Below, one piece after another: positions 8,375 through 17,418 of a stretch of 64,000 nucleotides of DNA; position 1 is the first letter of the stretch, and each line of letters begins with the position of its first letter. The DNA comes from Pelagimonas sp. (GTDB lineage Bacteria; Pseudomonadota; Alphaproteobacteria; Rhodobacterales; Rhodobacteraceae). Made by a program: the position numbers and the translations under genes. Where the stretch lies: the NCBI GenBank assembly GCA_025210265.1, contig JAOASD010000032.1:72280-136279 (forward strand). Reading direction: 5' to 3'. The notes under the pieces are model-generated. The model saw only the letters and a program-made list of their open reading frames with translations. It was not told the origin of the DNA and searched no databases.

Positions 8375-9550
8375 TCAGGGGCGCTCCAGGCACATGGCCA
8401 CGCCCATGCCACCGCCGATGCACAGCGTGGCGAGGCCCTTCTTGGCGTCGCGGCGCTTCATCTCGAACAGCAGGGTGTTCAGGATACGCGCGCCCGATGC
8501 ACCGATCGGGTGACCGATGGCGATGGCACCGCCGTTCACGTTGACCACGTCGGGGTTCCAGCCCATGTCCTTGTTCACGGCGCAGGCCTGCGCGGCAAAG
8601 GCTTCGTTGGCTTCGACCAGATCCAGATCCTCGGCCTTCCAGCCTGCTTTCTCCAGTGCCTTTTTCGACGCGTGGATCGGGCCGACGCCCATGATGCGCG
8701 GGTCCAGACCGGCGGTGGCGTAGGACACGATGCGAGCCAGCGGCTCGATGCCGCGCTTTTCTGCCTCGTCTGCGGTCATCAACAGGGCACCAGCCGCGCC
8801 GTCATTGAGACCCGACGCATTCGCAGCCGTGACCGAGCCATCCTTGGTGAAGGCCGGGCGCAGTTTCTGCATCGCAGCCATGGTCGCGCCGTGGCGGATA
8901 TATTCGTCCTTGTCGACGATGATGTCGCCCTTGCGGTGCTTGACGGTGAAGGGCACGATTTCGTCGACGAACTTGCCGGCGTTCTGAGCGGCCTCGGCCT
9001 TGTTCTGCGAGGCAACGGCAAATTCGTCCTGCATGTCGCGGCTGATCTGCCACTGCTCGGCCACGTTTTCAGCGGTCTGGCCCATGTGATAGCCGTTGAA
9101 CGCATCCCACAGACCGTCGCGGATCATGGTGTCGATATATTTCAGATCGCCCATTTTGTGACCGGCGCGCAGATGGGCGCAATGGGTCGAGAGCGACATG
9201 TTTTCCTGGCCACCGGCGCAGACGATCGCGGCATCCCCCAGCTGGATATGCTGCGCGGCCAGCGCAACGGCGCGCAGGCCCGAACCGCAGACCTGGTTGA
9301 TGCCCCAAGCGGCGCTTTCCTGCGGCAGGCCTGCATTGATATGCGCCTGGCGGGCGGGGTTTTGGCCCTGACCGGCGGTCAGCACCTGACCCAGGATGGT
9401 TTCGGAGACCTCGCCCTTTTCGATCCCGGCGCGGGCGACCAGCGCCTCCAGCACGGTGGCACCCAGGTCGTGGGCGGGGGTGGTGGCGAATGAACCGCTA
9501 AAGCTGCCTACGGCAGTTCGGGCAGCACTTGCGATTACAACATTGGTCAT
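8375..9550 (-). CDS. phaA: Acetyl-CoA C-acetyltransferase (beta-ketothiolase)
   Basis: Starts [21 protein letters not shown]; thiolase active-site regions [10 protein letters not shown] and C-terminal [13 protein letters not shown]. 391 aa. Start trimmed from the 433-aa ORF to the SD-preceded ATG at 9550. Confidence 0.93.
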   Translation of the reverse strand: MTNVVIASAARTAVGSFSGSFATTPAHDLGATVLEALVARAGIEKGEVSETILGQVLTAGQGQNPARQAHINAGLPQESAAWGINQVCGSGLRAVALAAQHIQLGDAAIVCAGGQENMSLSTHCAHLRAGHKMGDLKYIDTMIRDGLWDAFNGYHMGQTAENVAEQWQISRDMQDEFAVASQNKAEAAQNAGKFVDEIVPFTVKHRKGDIIVDKDEYIRHGATMAAMQKLRPAFTKDGSVTAANASGLNDGAAGALLMTADEAEKRGIEPLARIVSYATAGLDPRIMGVGPIHASKKALEKAGWKAEDLDLVEANEAFAAQACAVNKDMGWNPDVVNVNGGAIAIGHPIGASGARILNTLLFEMKRRDAKKGLATLCIGGGMGVAMCLERP

Positions 9551-9774
9551 GCGATTTCCTCCAGCAATGCGATCTCTGAAGGCATACCGCGATTCCCGCT
9601 GAGGTGGAATCGCACCTTCATGCTCACAGCCGGGATAGCCAATTCCGTTGCGTCTAAGAACCGGACTTTCTGTCACGGGGCCGGGTTTCGGAGTTGGCGT
9701 GCCGTATTTGGCGGGGCGCCGCGGGGCGTTTTAGGCCCGGCGTATCCTGCCAAGATCGACCAGGAATAGAGGTA

Positions 9775-10530
9775 TCAGGCCTTGCGGTTCTTGCGCTCGG
9801 GCACGACACGCCAAGGGGGCGACACAGTGGGCGCGGCAAAAAAGAAGCCCTGCAGGCAATCCACCCCAAGATTGGCCAGGCAATCCGCATCCGCTTGATT
9901 TTCGACATTTTCGGCGACAGTGAACATGTCGAACTGTTCAGCAATCGCCTGCATTGCCCCGACCAGCACCTGATTGTCTGGATCCTGAGCGATGTCGCGG
10001 GCGAACTGGCCGTCCAGTTTCAGCACATCGAACCGGAACTCCTTGAAATGGCGCAGGGCTGTGTAGCCCGCGCCGAAATCATCCATGGCAAAGGCGATGC
10101 CCTGCGACTGCAGGTCGTTCATGAAGGAGACCACCAGTTCCGGCACCAGCATGGCCGAGGTTTCGGTGATTTCCAAAATCAATCGTTCCGCCACTGTGGG
10201 GTCGGCAGAGATCCCTTTATGCAGGGTGCGCATCCACTTTTTATATCCGACAGAGCGGGCGGACATATTGATGGACAGGCGCAGGTCCGGCACGCGGGCC
10301 AGCTCTGCCAGTCCTTTTTCCAATGCGATGCAATCCAGCATCCGACCATATTCGGTTTCTTCGACCGTGGTGATGAAATCCGATGCGGGGATCACGCGGC
10401 CGGTTTCGTCCAGCACCCGGATCAGCCCCTCGTAAAAGGCGACGCTGTCTGGCTTTGCTGCCTGTACGACCGGCTGAAAGGCCAGCAAGGTTTGCCGGTG
10501 CTCGATCGCGCGACGCACCGTGTTCAACAT
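9775..10530 (-). CDS. Stand-alone EAL-domain protein (putative c-di-GMP phosphodiesterase)
   Basis: EAL-domain signature residues: LEITET, DDFGAGYT, KLDGQF, VAENVE and QGFFF. ATG at 10530 gives 251 aa; a TTG at 10623 is an alternative start. Confidence 0.8.
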   Translation of the reverse strand: MLNTVRRAIEHRQTLLAFQPVVQAAKPDSVAFYEGLIRVLDETGRVIPASDFITTVEETEYGRMLDCIALEKGLAELARVPDLRLSINMSARSVGYKKWMRTLHKGISADPTVAERLILEITETSAMLVPELVVSFMNDLQSQGIAFAMDDFGAGYTALRHFKEFRFDVLKLDGQFARDIAQDPDNQVLVGAMQAIAEQFDMFTVAENVENQADADCLANLGVDCLQGFFFAAPTVSPPWRVVPERKNRKA

Positions 10531-10730
10531 ATTCGCATCCCGCGACCACAGCGCATGTTCCAATGCGTTTTTCGGGCCAAGGGCCTGCGCATTGTTTCCC
10601 CCGAATGAACCTGCCACGAGCAACCTCCGTCTTGACTTCGGAAACAGTTGTCCCCGATGTGCTTTAAGTAACGCTTAAAAACGGGATTTGAGGCAATTTC
10701 GCCATATTTGTTAATGCGGGGCGCGCGGGC

Positions 10731-10758
10731 TTGACTCTGCCACGCAGCCCCATATAAG
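10731..10758 (+). promoter_or_regulatory. Sigma-70-like promoter upstream of rpsD
   Basis: TTGACT (10731-10736), a 16-bp spacer, then TATAAG (10753-10758). This implies a 5' leader of about 210 nt before rpsD. Confidence 0.5.
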
Positions 10759-10977
10759 CGCGGCTTCATTGGTGTTGGTGGCCCCCGCAAGGGGATGCCT
10801 GTCATGGGTGAGGATCGCAGATCCAACCCCAAGAGGACAACGCCCTTTAATCGGCATCAGGCCCAGCCCGTTGTCCGGCCCTGCAAGACGGTTGATCCGC
10901 AGACGCGATTTCAGCCCGAAAAGTGGGAACCGGTTTTCGGATCAAGCTGAAATGCCACTTATAAAGGAGATCAGACG

Positions 10978-11598
10978 GTGACCAAACGGACCTCTGCCAA
11001 GTACAAAATCGACCGCCGCATGGGCGAAAACATTTGGGGCCGCCCCAAATCCCCCGTCAACCGCCGCGAATACGGCCCCGGCCAGCACGGTCAGCGCCGC
11101 AAGGGCAAGATGTCGGACTTTGGTCTGCAGCTGCGCGCCAAGCAGAAGCTGAAAGGCTACTACGGCGACCTGACCGAGAAGCAGTTCAAGCGCATCTACA
11201 CCGAAGCCGCCCGTGTGAAGGGTGACACCGGCGAAAACCTGATCGGCCTGCTGGAGCGCCGCCTGGACGCCGTCGTGTATCGCGCCAAGTTCGTGCCGAC
11301 CGTCTTTGCAGCCCGTCAGTTCGTGAACCACGGCCACGTGCTGGTGAACGGCAAACGCGTGAACATCCCCTCCTACCGCGTGAAAGAGGGTGACGTGATC
11401 GAAGTGCGTGAAAAGTCGCGCCAGATGACCGTCCTGCTGGAAGCCGTGCAGCTGCCCGAGCGTGACGTGCCCGACTACATCGAAGCGGATCACTCCAAAA
11501 TGACCGCCACCTTTGTGCGCACCCCCGGCCTGTCCGACGTGCCGTACCCGGTGATGATGGAACCGAACCTGGTTATCGAATATTACGCACAGAACTAA
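10978..11598 (+). CDS. rpsD: 30S ribosomal protein S4
   Basis: GTG start after [33 protein letters not shown]...; 206 aa. Confidence 0.95.
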   Translation: MTKRTSAKYKIDRRMGENIWGRPKSPVNRREYGPGQHGQRRKGKMSDFGLQLRAKQKLKGYYGDLTEKQFKRIYTEAARVKGDTGENLIGLLERRLDAVVYRAKFVPTVFAARQFVNHGHVLVNGKRVNIPSYRVKEGDVIEVREKSRQMTVLLEAVQLPERDVPDYIEADHSKMTATFVRTPGLSDVPYPVMMEPNLVIEYYAQN

Positions 11599-11639
11599 GC
11601 CTGCGGCGGGTTGTTTGGCCCGCAGCAGCAAGGTTTCAG

Positions 11640-11672
11640 GGCCGTCCCATCTGGGGCGGCCTTTCTGTTTTT
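11640..11672 (+). terminator. Rho-independent terminator after rpsD
   Basis: Stem ggccgtccc / ggggcggcc with one mismatch, then TTTCTGTTTTT. Confidence 0.7.
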
Positions 11673-11900
11673 GGTTCTGTTTCATACTGCGTGCTGGGCG
11701 TTGCGGCCGGACGTGCCAGCAGCCGGTCATATCAGTGGCCGGACAGTCGTTGGACAAGCAAAAAGGGCGGCACAAAGGCCGCCCATGTTTGGTCATGAAA
11801 CAAAAACTGCAATATCAGTCGCAATCAAACCCAGAGCCTTAGGCCACCGGATCGCGCTCACTCAACGCTGAGGGTTGGATAGCGATGGAACATGTCAGTT

Positions 11901-12617
11901 TTACGAAAATGCGGTTTCTTTTTCCGCGACTGCCCCGGTGAGCTGGATCCGATTGATCTGGTGGAACTTGCCTGTGCTGTCCTCGCCGCACAGGGTCAGG
12001 GCGTCGATGGCAAGCGGGCGCGCGATCAGAGGCTCCAGATACGCAGAGAGCGCATTTTCTACAGCCTCTTGGTGGGTGTCTTTCACCGGGCCGGTCAGGG
12101 TCATGTGAAACCGGAACTGATCCAGCACATGGGGATAGCCCCACCGCTGCAACATTTGGTCCTGTTCTGGGCTCAGACGGGCGCGCCGGCGGCGTTCTTG
12201 TTCGACGGCGTCCGCGGGGCGGCGATACATATCCAGCCCGCGCAAAGCGGCCGCATGTAGCTGCCCCAACGCTTGTGCGGATTCGGGGCAGGTCAGGGCA
12301 TAAAACCCACCAATGCGCTGCAGGTGCAGGCGCGGCAGCTCAAACCCCGCCAGTCGGGCGCAGAGCGTGGCCAGCTCTTGTTCCAGCCCGGCGGCGTCGC
12401 GGCCCCGTGACAGGAAAAAGGGCGGTTTGATCGTGGCATGAAACCCATAGGGCCGGGGGCGGTCTGTTAGGTTATGGGCGGGCAGGGGCAGGCCTGGGAT
12501 CTCGGGGGGCGTGCAGGTCTGCCCTGTTGCAATGTCCCATCCCAGAAACTGCGCCCCAAAATCGGACAATGCGCCGGGGGGCGGGGTGAAATAGATCGCA
12601 TAGCGTGTAAATTCCAT
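11901..12617 (-). CDS. DUF1045 / 2H-phosphoesterase-superfamily protein (putative phosphonate-metabolism-associated)
   Basis: 238 aa. MEFTRYAIYFTPPPG N-terminus and two H-x-T motifs (GFHATIKPPF and FRFHMTLTGP). Confidence 0.7.
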   Translation of the reverse strand: MEFTRYAIYFTPPPGALSDFGAQFLGWDIATGQTCTPPEIPGLPLPAHNLTDRPRPYGFHATIKPPFFLSRGRDAAGLEQELATLCARLAGFELPRLHLQRIGGFYALTCPESAQALGQLHAAALRGLDMYRRPADAVEQERRRRARLSPEQDQMLQRWGYPHVLDQFRFHMTLTGPVKDTHQEAVENALSAYLEPLIARPLAIDALTLCGEDSTGKFHQINRIQLTGAVAEKETAFS

Positions 12618-12805
12618 GATCGACCTCTGCGTGTCTTAATGATCCCGCCTGTGGCAATTCCAGCCGGGCTTGCGCCAAATATGACTGCGCTTTGGGGCGC
12701 GTGGTATATCAAATGCGCAGTGTCATAAAAAAATAACCTTTTTTTGACGTTTGACAGCACTCTGCTGGGTTTTGCTGCTTGAAGTGGCAGATTTGACAGG
12801 GTTGG

Positions 12806-13474
12806 TCATGTGGTGGGCCGGTCGGGCCAGTGCAATGGCATGTGTCCTGCCTGCTGTTCTTCGTCGATCACATCCCGATAGTGCCGCATGTGGTGGTCGG
12901 GCCCAAAGGTCGAGCGCGCCGCGCGGGCGTGGTGCACCTGGCCCATATGGTGAAACCCGCCGGGCAGATCGCAGACCAGATCGTCATCCCGGTTGATGCA
13001 CAGGCAGAACCCATCGTTGCGAATGCGGCCTTTCGATTTGCGCGGGCGCGGGGCGGCAAAACCGATTCCGGCCACGCCCCAGCTTTTCGACAGGATCTGA
13101 GTGGCCGCCGCCCCCAGAGAATGCCCGATGATATATGTCGGGCGCGCCGGCCCGGCCTCGATCCAGTCAAAGATCTCCTTGGCATGGCGCAGAAACCCCT
13201 GATGCCACTGGGTGCCGGAATGGCCCTTTTCACTGGTCTGACTGCGGATGCTGTATTGCTTGCCGCCAATATGCAGAACGCGGAGATTGAATTTCAGATA
13301 ATCCATCATTGAGTTCGATCCAGGGATCAGCAGAACCCCATTGTCCAGTAAATGCGCCTGCACATCGTCCCGATCCAGACTGCGCGCCAGTCGCGGTTTG
13401 AGAGAGGCATGAGTAAGGGCGGAATAAGACGCCTCGGCCAGCTGCGCAGCCTGCGCGATTGGATAGCGGTGCAT
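12806..13474 (-). CDS. Class-3 lipase-like alpha/beta hydrolase
   Basis: 222 aa. Nucleophile elbow IIGHSLGAAATQ. Flanked by AT-rich intergenic DNA. Confidence 0.65.
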   Translation of the reverse strand: MHRYPIAQAAQLAEASYSALTHASLKPRLARSLDRDDVQAHLLDNGVLLIPGSNSMMDYLKFNLRVLHIGGKQYSIRSQTSEKGHSGTQWHQGFLRHAKEIFDWIEAGPARPTYIIGHSLGAAATQILSKSWGVAGIGFAAPRPRKSKGRIRNDGFCLCINRDDDLVCDLPGGFHHMGQVHHARAARSTFGPDHHMRHYRDVIDEEQQAGHMPLHWPDRPTT

Positions 13475-13764
13475 GGCAATTCCTGTATCTGGGCGATGTG
13501 CCCGAATGGGATCTGGTTAATAAAGCCCAAACATCCCGGATTTTGACACAGCTGACAACCCGTACAGCGCGGATGCGTGGAAGGGGCTGGCGTAGAAGAC
13601 ACCGCCAAAGCGGCCGTCGGTGAATAAATGGCGAAGACCCATGCCTAGTGCATCAAACTATAACTGAACCAACACGTAGAAGACCATGGACTTCTATTCA
13701 ATTTATCAGGCCCATTTACACACCCTGGGTGTGTAGCCACTTTCTTCAATGACATCAGTAAGGC

Positions 13765-13841
13765 TGGCGACCCCGGCAGGATTCGAACCTGCAACCTGCC
13801 CCTTAGGAGGGGGCTGCTCTATCCAGTTGAGCCACGGAGCC
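13765..13841 (-). tRNA. tRNA-Arg (anticodon CCU)
   Basis: Manual cloverleaf, 77 nt. Acceptor ggctccg/cggggtc with two G-U pairs; D arm gctc-aactggata-gagc; anticodon arm gcccc-CUCCUAA-ggggc; T arm gcagg-ttcgaat-cctgc; discriminator G; CCA encoded. Confidence 0.9.
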
Positions 13842-13951
13842 ACGCTGTCGATTCCTTAACCTGCTTTCAAACCCATGTCACCCGGTGAAGCCATCTTGCG
13901 CCCGGCGGCGTTTGCGGTAACGATTGCAGAATAAGAAAAAGGAATAAGCCC

Positions 13952-14977
13952 GTGGCCAATGACGATCCCCGCCCCCTGACCCTGCGTGACGTTTCCGAAG
14001 CATCCGGTGTGTCGGAAATGACGGTCAGTCGTGTCTTACGCAACCGTGGGGATGTGTCTCAGGCGACACGGGAAAAAGTGTTGGAGGCGGCCAAGACGCT
14101 GGGCTACGTGCCCAACAAGATTGCCGGCGCGCTGGCCAGCCAGCGGGTCAATCTGGTCGCGGTGATCATCCCCAGCCTGCGCAACATGGTCTTTCCTGAA
14201 GTCATGTCGGGTATCTCCAAAGTTCTGGAACAGACCGAGCTGCAGCCAGTGGTGGGCGTCACCGACTATATCCCTGAAAAAGAAGAAAAAGTTCTCTATG
14301 AAATGCTGTCCTGGCGGCCGTCTGGCGTGATCATCGCCGGGCTGGAACATACCGAGGCCGCGCGCGCCATGATGCAGGCCAGCGGCATTCCCGTGGTGGA
14401 AATCATGGACACGGATGGCAAGCCGATCGACAGCGCCGTGGGCATCAGCCATCGCCGCGCCGGACGGGAAATGGCCCGCGCCATTCTGAAGCAGGGCTAT
14501 CAGCGCATCGGCTTCATGGGCACCAAAATGCCGCTGGATCACCGCGCCCGCAAACGCTTTGAGGGCTTTACCGAGGCGCTGGCCAAAGAGGGGGTCGAAA
14601 TCGCCGATCAGGAATTTTATTCCGGCGGTTCGGCCTTGGCCAAGGGGCGCGAAATGACCCGTACCATGTTGGAGCGCGACCCGGATCTCGATTTCCTGTA
14701 TTATTCCAACGATATGATTGCTGCGGGCGGATTGATGGAGCTGATGGATCAGGGTATCGACATCCCCGGTCAGATCGGTATCGCGGGCTTTAACGGGGTT
14801 GAGTTGCTGCAAGGGCTGCCCCGTCAGCTGGCCACGATGGATGCGTGCCGCACGGAAATCGGCATGAAAGCGGCCCAGATCATCGCCAACCGGGTCGAGG
14901 GCGAAGCTGAGGATGCGGAAAAGATCTTTGAGCTCGCGCCCAAGATCGCCTTTGGTGATACGCTGAAACGCCGCTGA
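13952..14977 (+). CDS. LacI-family transcriptional regulator
   Basis: GTG start. HTH LRDVSEASGVSEMTVSRVLRN, followed by a periplasmic-binding-protein-like sugar-binding fold. 341 aa. Confidence 0.88.
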   Translation: MANDDPRPLTLRDVSEASGVSEMTVSRVLRNRGDVSQATREKVLEAAKTLGYVPNKIAGALASQRVNLVAVIIPSLRNMVFPEVMSGISKVLEQTELQPVVGVTDYIPEKEEKVLYEMLSWRPSGVIIAGLEHTEAARAMMQASGIPVVEIMDTDGKPIDSAVGISHRRAGREMARAILKQGYQRIGFMGTKMPLDHRARKRFEGFTEALAKEGVEIADQEFYSGGSALAKGREMTRTMLERDPDLDFLYYSNDMIAAGGLMELMDQGIDIPGQIGIAGFNGVELLQGLPRQLATMDACRTEIGMKAAQIIANRVEGEAEDAEKIFELAPKIAFGDTLKRR

Positions 14978-14979
14978 AC

Positions 14980-16179
14980 ATGGTGCGGCTGGACAATGCG
15001 TCGGCGCGGCGGCTGTTTCTGCACGCGCACGCATTGGCCGAGCCGCCGCAAGGCCCCGGCAAAGGGCAGGATCTGCTGGATCTGATCACGCGGTTGGGCT
15101 TTGTCCAGGTTGACAGCGTACGCACGATCGAGCGCGCGCATCACATGATCCTGTTTGCGCGCCGCCCTGCCTATCGGCCACAGGCTCTGGCACCTCTGTT
15201 GGAACGTGACCGAACTCTGTTCGAACAATGGACCCATGATGCGGCAGTGATCCCGACGGCCTTTTACCCCTATTGGCAGCTGCGCTTTGATAAGGGGCGG
15301 GAAAAGCTGCGTGAACGCTGGGAAAAATGGCGGCGCGAAGGCTTTGCCGATAAGTTCGACGCGGTGCTGGACCAGATCCGCGACCACGGCCCCTGCGGAT
15401 CAGCGGATGTCGGCGCGGATGAGGCCCGCAGCAAGGGAGGATGGTGGGATTGGCACCCGTCCAAAACCGCGCTGGAATATCTGTGGCGGGCCGGGGATCT
15501 GGCGGTCTGTCACCGAGAAAATTTCCGCAAGGTCTATGACCTGTCCGACCGGGTGATTCCCGTGGAACACCGCTGGCGCCCAAGCGAAGAGGACAGCGTT
15601 GACTGGCTGTGCCGCGCGGCGCTGGACCGCCTGGGCTTTGCCACGCAGGGCGAGCTGGCGGCGTTCTGGGATACGATTTCACCTGCGCGGGCCGGGATCT
15701 GGGTGAAACAGGCACTGGAACGGGGCGAGATCATCCCGGTCGAGATCGAATTGCACGATGGCAGCTGGCGCAAATCCGTCGCCTATCCCGATATTTTGGA
15801 GCGCATCGCCGCTGCGCCCACGCCGCCGGGGCGGATGCGGGTTCTGTCGCCCTTTGACCCGGCGCTGCGTGACCGCAAACGGGCCGAGCGCCTGTTCGGT
15901 TTTCACTACCGGATCGAGATCTTTGTGCCCGAGGCCAAGCGCGTCTACGGCTATTACGTGTTTCCGCTTCTCGAAGGGGACCGGCTGGTCGGGCGCATCG
16001 ACATGAGCGCGGATCGCAAGGCGGGGGCGCTGGTTGTGCGGGCGCTTTGGCCGGAACGGGGGATCCGCTGGGGACAGGGGAGGCAGGCCCGGCTGGAGGC
16101 CGAGCTGACGCGGGTGCTGCGTTTTGCCGGACTTGAGGAGGTGGTCTGGGAGCCAGGCTGGCTGCGTGAGGCCAAATAG
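14980..16179 (+). CDS. Winged-helix DNA glycosylase-like protein, YcaQ/AlkZ family (DUF1006)
   Basis: 399 aa. RLFLHAHAL...LITRLGFVQVDSVRTIERAHHMILFAR is typical of the family. The ATG lies 2 nt after the LacI stop. Confidence 0.75.
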   Translation: MVRLDNASARRLFLHAHALAEPPQGPGKGQDLLDLITRLGFVQVDSVRTIERAHHMILFARRPAYRPQALAPLLERDRTLFEQWTHDAAVIPTAFYPYWQLRFDKGREKLRERWEKWRREGFADKFDAVLDQIRDHGPCGSADVGADEARSKGGWWDWHPSKTALEYLWRAGDLAVCHRENFRKVYDLSDRVIPVEHRWRPSEEDSVDWLCRAALDRLGFATQGELAAFWDTISPARAGIWVKQALERGEIIPVEIELHDGSWRKSVAYPDILERIAAAPTPPGRMRVLSPFDPALRDRKRAERLFGFHYRIEIFVPEAKRVYGYYVFPLLEGDRLVGRIDMSADRKAGALVVRALWPERGIRWGQGRQARLEAELTRVLRFAGLEEVVWEPGWLREAK

Positions 16180-16183
16180 GCGC

Positions 16184-16254
16184 GGTGGGTTACCCCCCCT
16201 ACGGCACGCCGCGCGCTTTGCGCATCAGGGTAGGGTGGGTCGTTAACCCACCGC
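16184..16254. repeat. REP-like element, family A (paired inverted GGTGGGTT..AACCCACC units flanked by CTAC/GTAG)
   Basis: A degenerate unit ggtgggttaccccccctacgg (16184-16204) and an intact unit gggtagggtgggtcgttaacccaccgcc (16228-16254). Same architecture as 26008-26071. Confidence 0.7.
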
Positions 16255-16263
16255 CACACCGCG

Positions 16264-16968
16264 TCAGACCACTTCGATCACGCTTTTGTCGATCGACAGC
16301 ACATAGCCACGCCGCGCCACGTTTTTCACCAAAAGCGCGCTGACCAGCTGGTTGCCCAACCCGTCACGCAGACGTTTGATCCGCATCGCCCCGGCGCTTT
16401 CTTCGCAATCTGCGGCCTGTTTGCCGGAAATCACCGCTTCGATCTCGGCCCCGCTGAGGATGTCATCATCCATGCGGGCCTCGGCCAGAACCGATAGGGT
16501 TTCCATCAGCGCATCGGTCAGCTTGAACCCCATCGTGTTCAGGTAGACCGTGTTTTCCTGCCGTGAAATCACCAGACTGCTGACCTCGATCCCGGCGCGT
16601 TCGATCTGGGCCATGCGGCGATTCAGACCGACCAGCAGCACCAGAAAGACCAGCGCCGCGACCAGCATGGCCGCCGCAAAGACCAGCAGCACCAGAATCA
16701 CCACCCGGTAGCCCGTCAGCGTGTCGGCAAAGGTGGTGCCCGACTGCGCGAGGATCTCTAGCAGTTTGATTTCCGCCTGGGTGGTCAGGGTGTCATTTTC
16801 CACGAACAGCCGTTCGACCCGCGCATTGAACGCATTGGCATCCGGCAGGGTCAGCATCAGCAGAACACCCGCCCCGATCAGCAGCGTCACGATCGCGCCA
16901 ATGCCCAGTGTCACGATTCGGTTGCCCGAGCGGCGCGTGTCAGAAACGGAGGAAGTAGTCACCGGCAT
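16264..16968 (-). CDS. Membrane-anchored transcriptional regulator with C-terminal OmpR/PhoB-type winged-helix domain
   Basis: 234 aa. Two hydrophobic helices (IVTLGIGAIVTLLIGAGVLLMLTL and VVILVLLVFAAAMLVAALVFLVLLVGL) flank a ~45-aa loop. The C-terminus (FKLTDALMETLSVLAE...MRIKRLRDGLG...VKNVARRGYVL) resembles trans_reg_C. Confidence 0.6.
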   Translation of the reverse strand: MPVTTSSVSDTRRSGNRIVTLGIGAIVTLLIGAGVLLMLTLPDANAFNARVERLFVENDTLTTQAEIKLLEILAQSGTTFADTLTGYRVVILVLLVFAAAMLVAALVFLVLLVGLNRRMAQIERAGIEVSSLVISRQENTVYLNTMGFKLTDALMETLSVLAEARMDDDILSGAEIEAVISGKQAADCEESAGAMRIKRLRDGLGNQLVSALLVKNVARRGYVLSIDKSVIEVV

Positions 16969-17236
16969 TGGCCCTTTGTTGATCCGACGGAGCAGAGGTC
17001 GACAGACCCAGTATATTCAGCAGAACCCAGCCCTGCGCGGCCAGCCGCGATTGCGCATTGCGCTGTGCACGGGCTTTGCCAGGGCAATCGCCGGGCAGGG
17101 CAAGAATGCCGTAATGCAGCCGCAGCGGGCTATCTTGTTTGGCTTTGTATTCCACATAGCACTCCGCATGGGCCGTGCCGGGCGTGACCAGCGAAATCGC
17201 CAGGGAAATTCCGATGATGTGCAACAGATGTCTCAT
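16940..17236 (-). CDS. Small exported protein (signal peptide, two Cys)
   Basis: 98 aa. MRHLLHIIGISLAISLVTPGTAHA then ECYVEYK... Its 3' end overlaps the start of the regulator gene by 29 nt. Confidence 0.5.
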   Translation of the reverse strand: MRHLLHIIGISLAISLVTPGTAHAECYVEYKAKQDSPLRLHYGILALPGDCPGKARAQRNAQSRLAAQGWVLLNILGLSTSAPSDQQRANAGDYFLRF

Positions 17237-17418
17237 GCGATCAAACTGCGCGGGACAGGCTGGAAATTCAATAACAACAGGCGTTTTTGCCGATGTTATC
17301 GATTATCGAGGGGCCGTTATTGCGTGATTTTGCAGGGCGGGGCCAGGGTTTGGGCATGGCTCTGGTCACATGCTGATGGACCGGGGCGCAGGACGCAAAC
17401 CTTATCAGGAGAAACCCC

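Noticed and set aside
7277-9493. 738-aa plus-strand ORF spanning the phaB-phaA region
   Set aside because: It is antisense to two genes with unmistakable family signatures (phaB, phaA). The translated product is low-complexity and Gly/Ala/Arg/Asp-rich, typical of shadow ORFs in high-GC DNA.
11680-11900. Possible small RNA between rpsD and the DUF1045 gene (AT-rich stretch plus the hairpin gggcggc-acaaa-ggccgccc at about 11764-11785)
   Set aside because: The hairpin with a minus-strand T-run is adequately explained as the terminator of the DUF1045 gene. There is no promoter or conservation evidence for a separate transcript.
12618-13841. Possible tRNA-linked genomic island or mobile element
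   Set aside because: No integrase, transposase, recombinase or duplicated tRNA 3' segment is visible. It is kept only as a low-interest compositional observation, not called as a mobile element.
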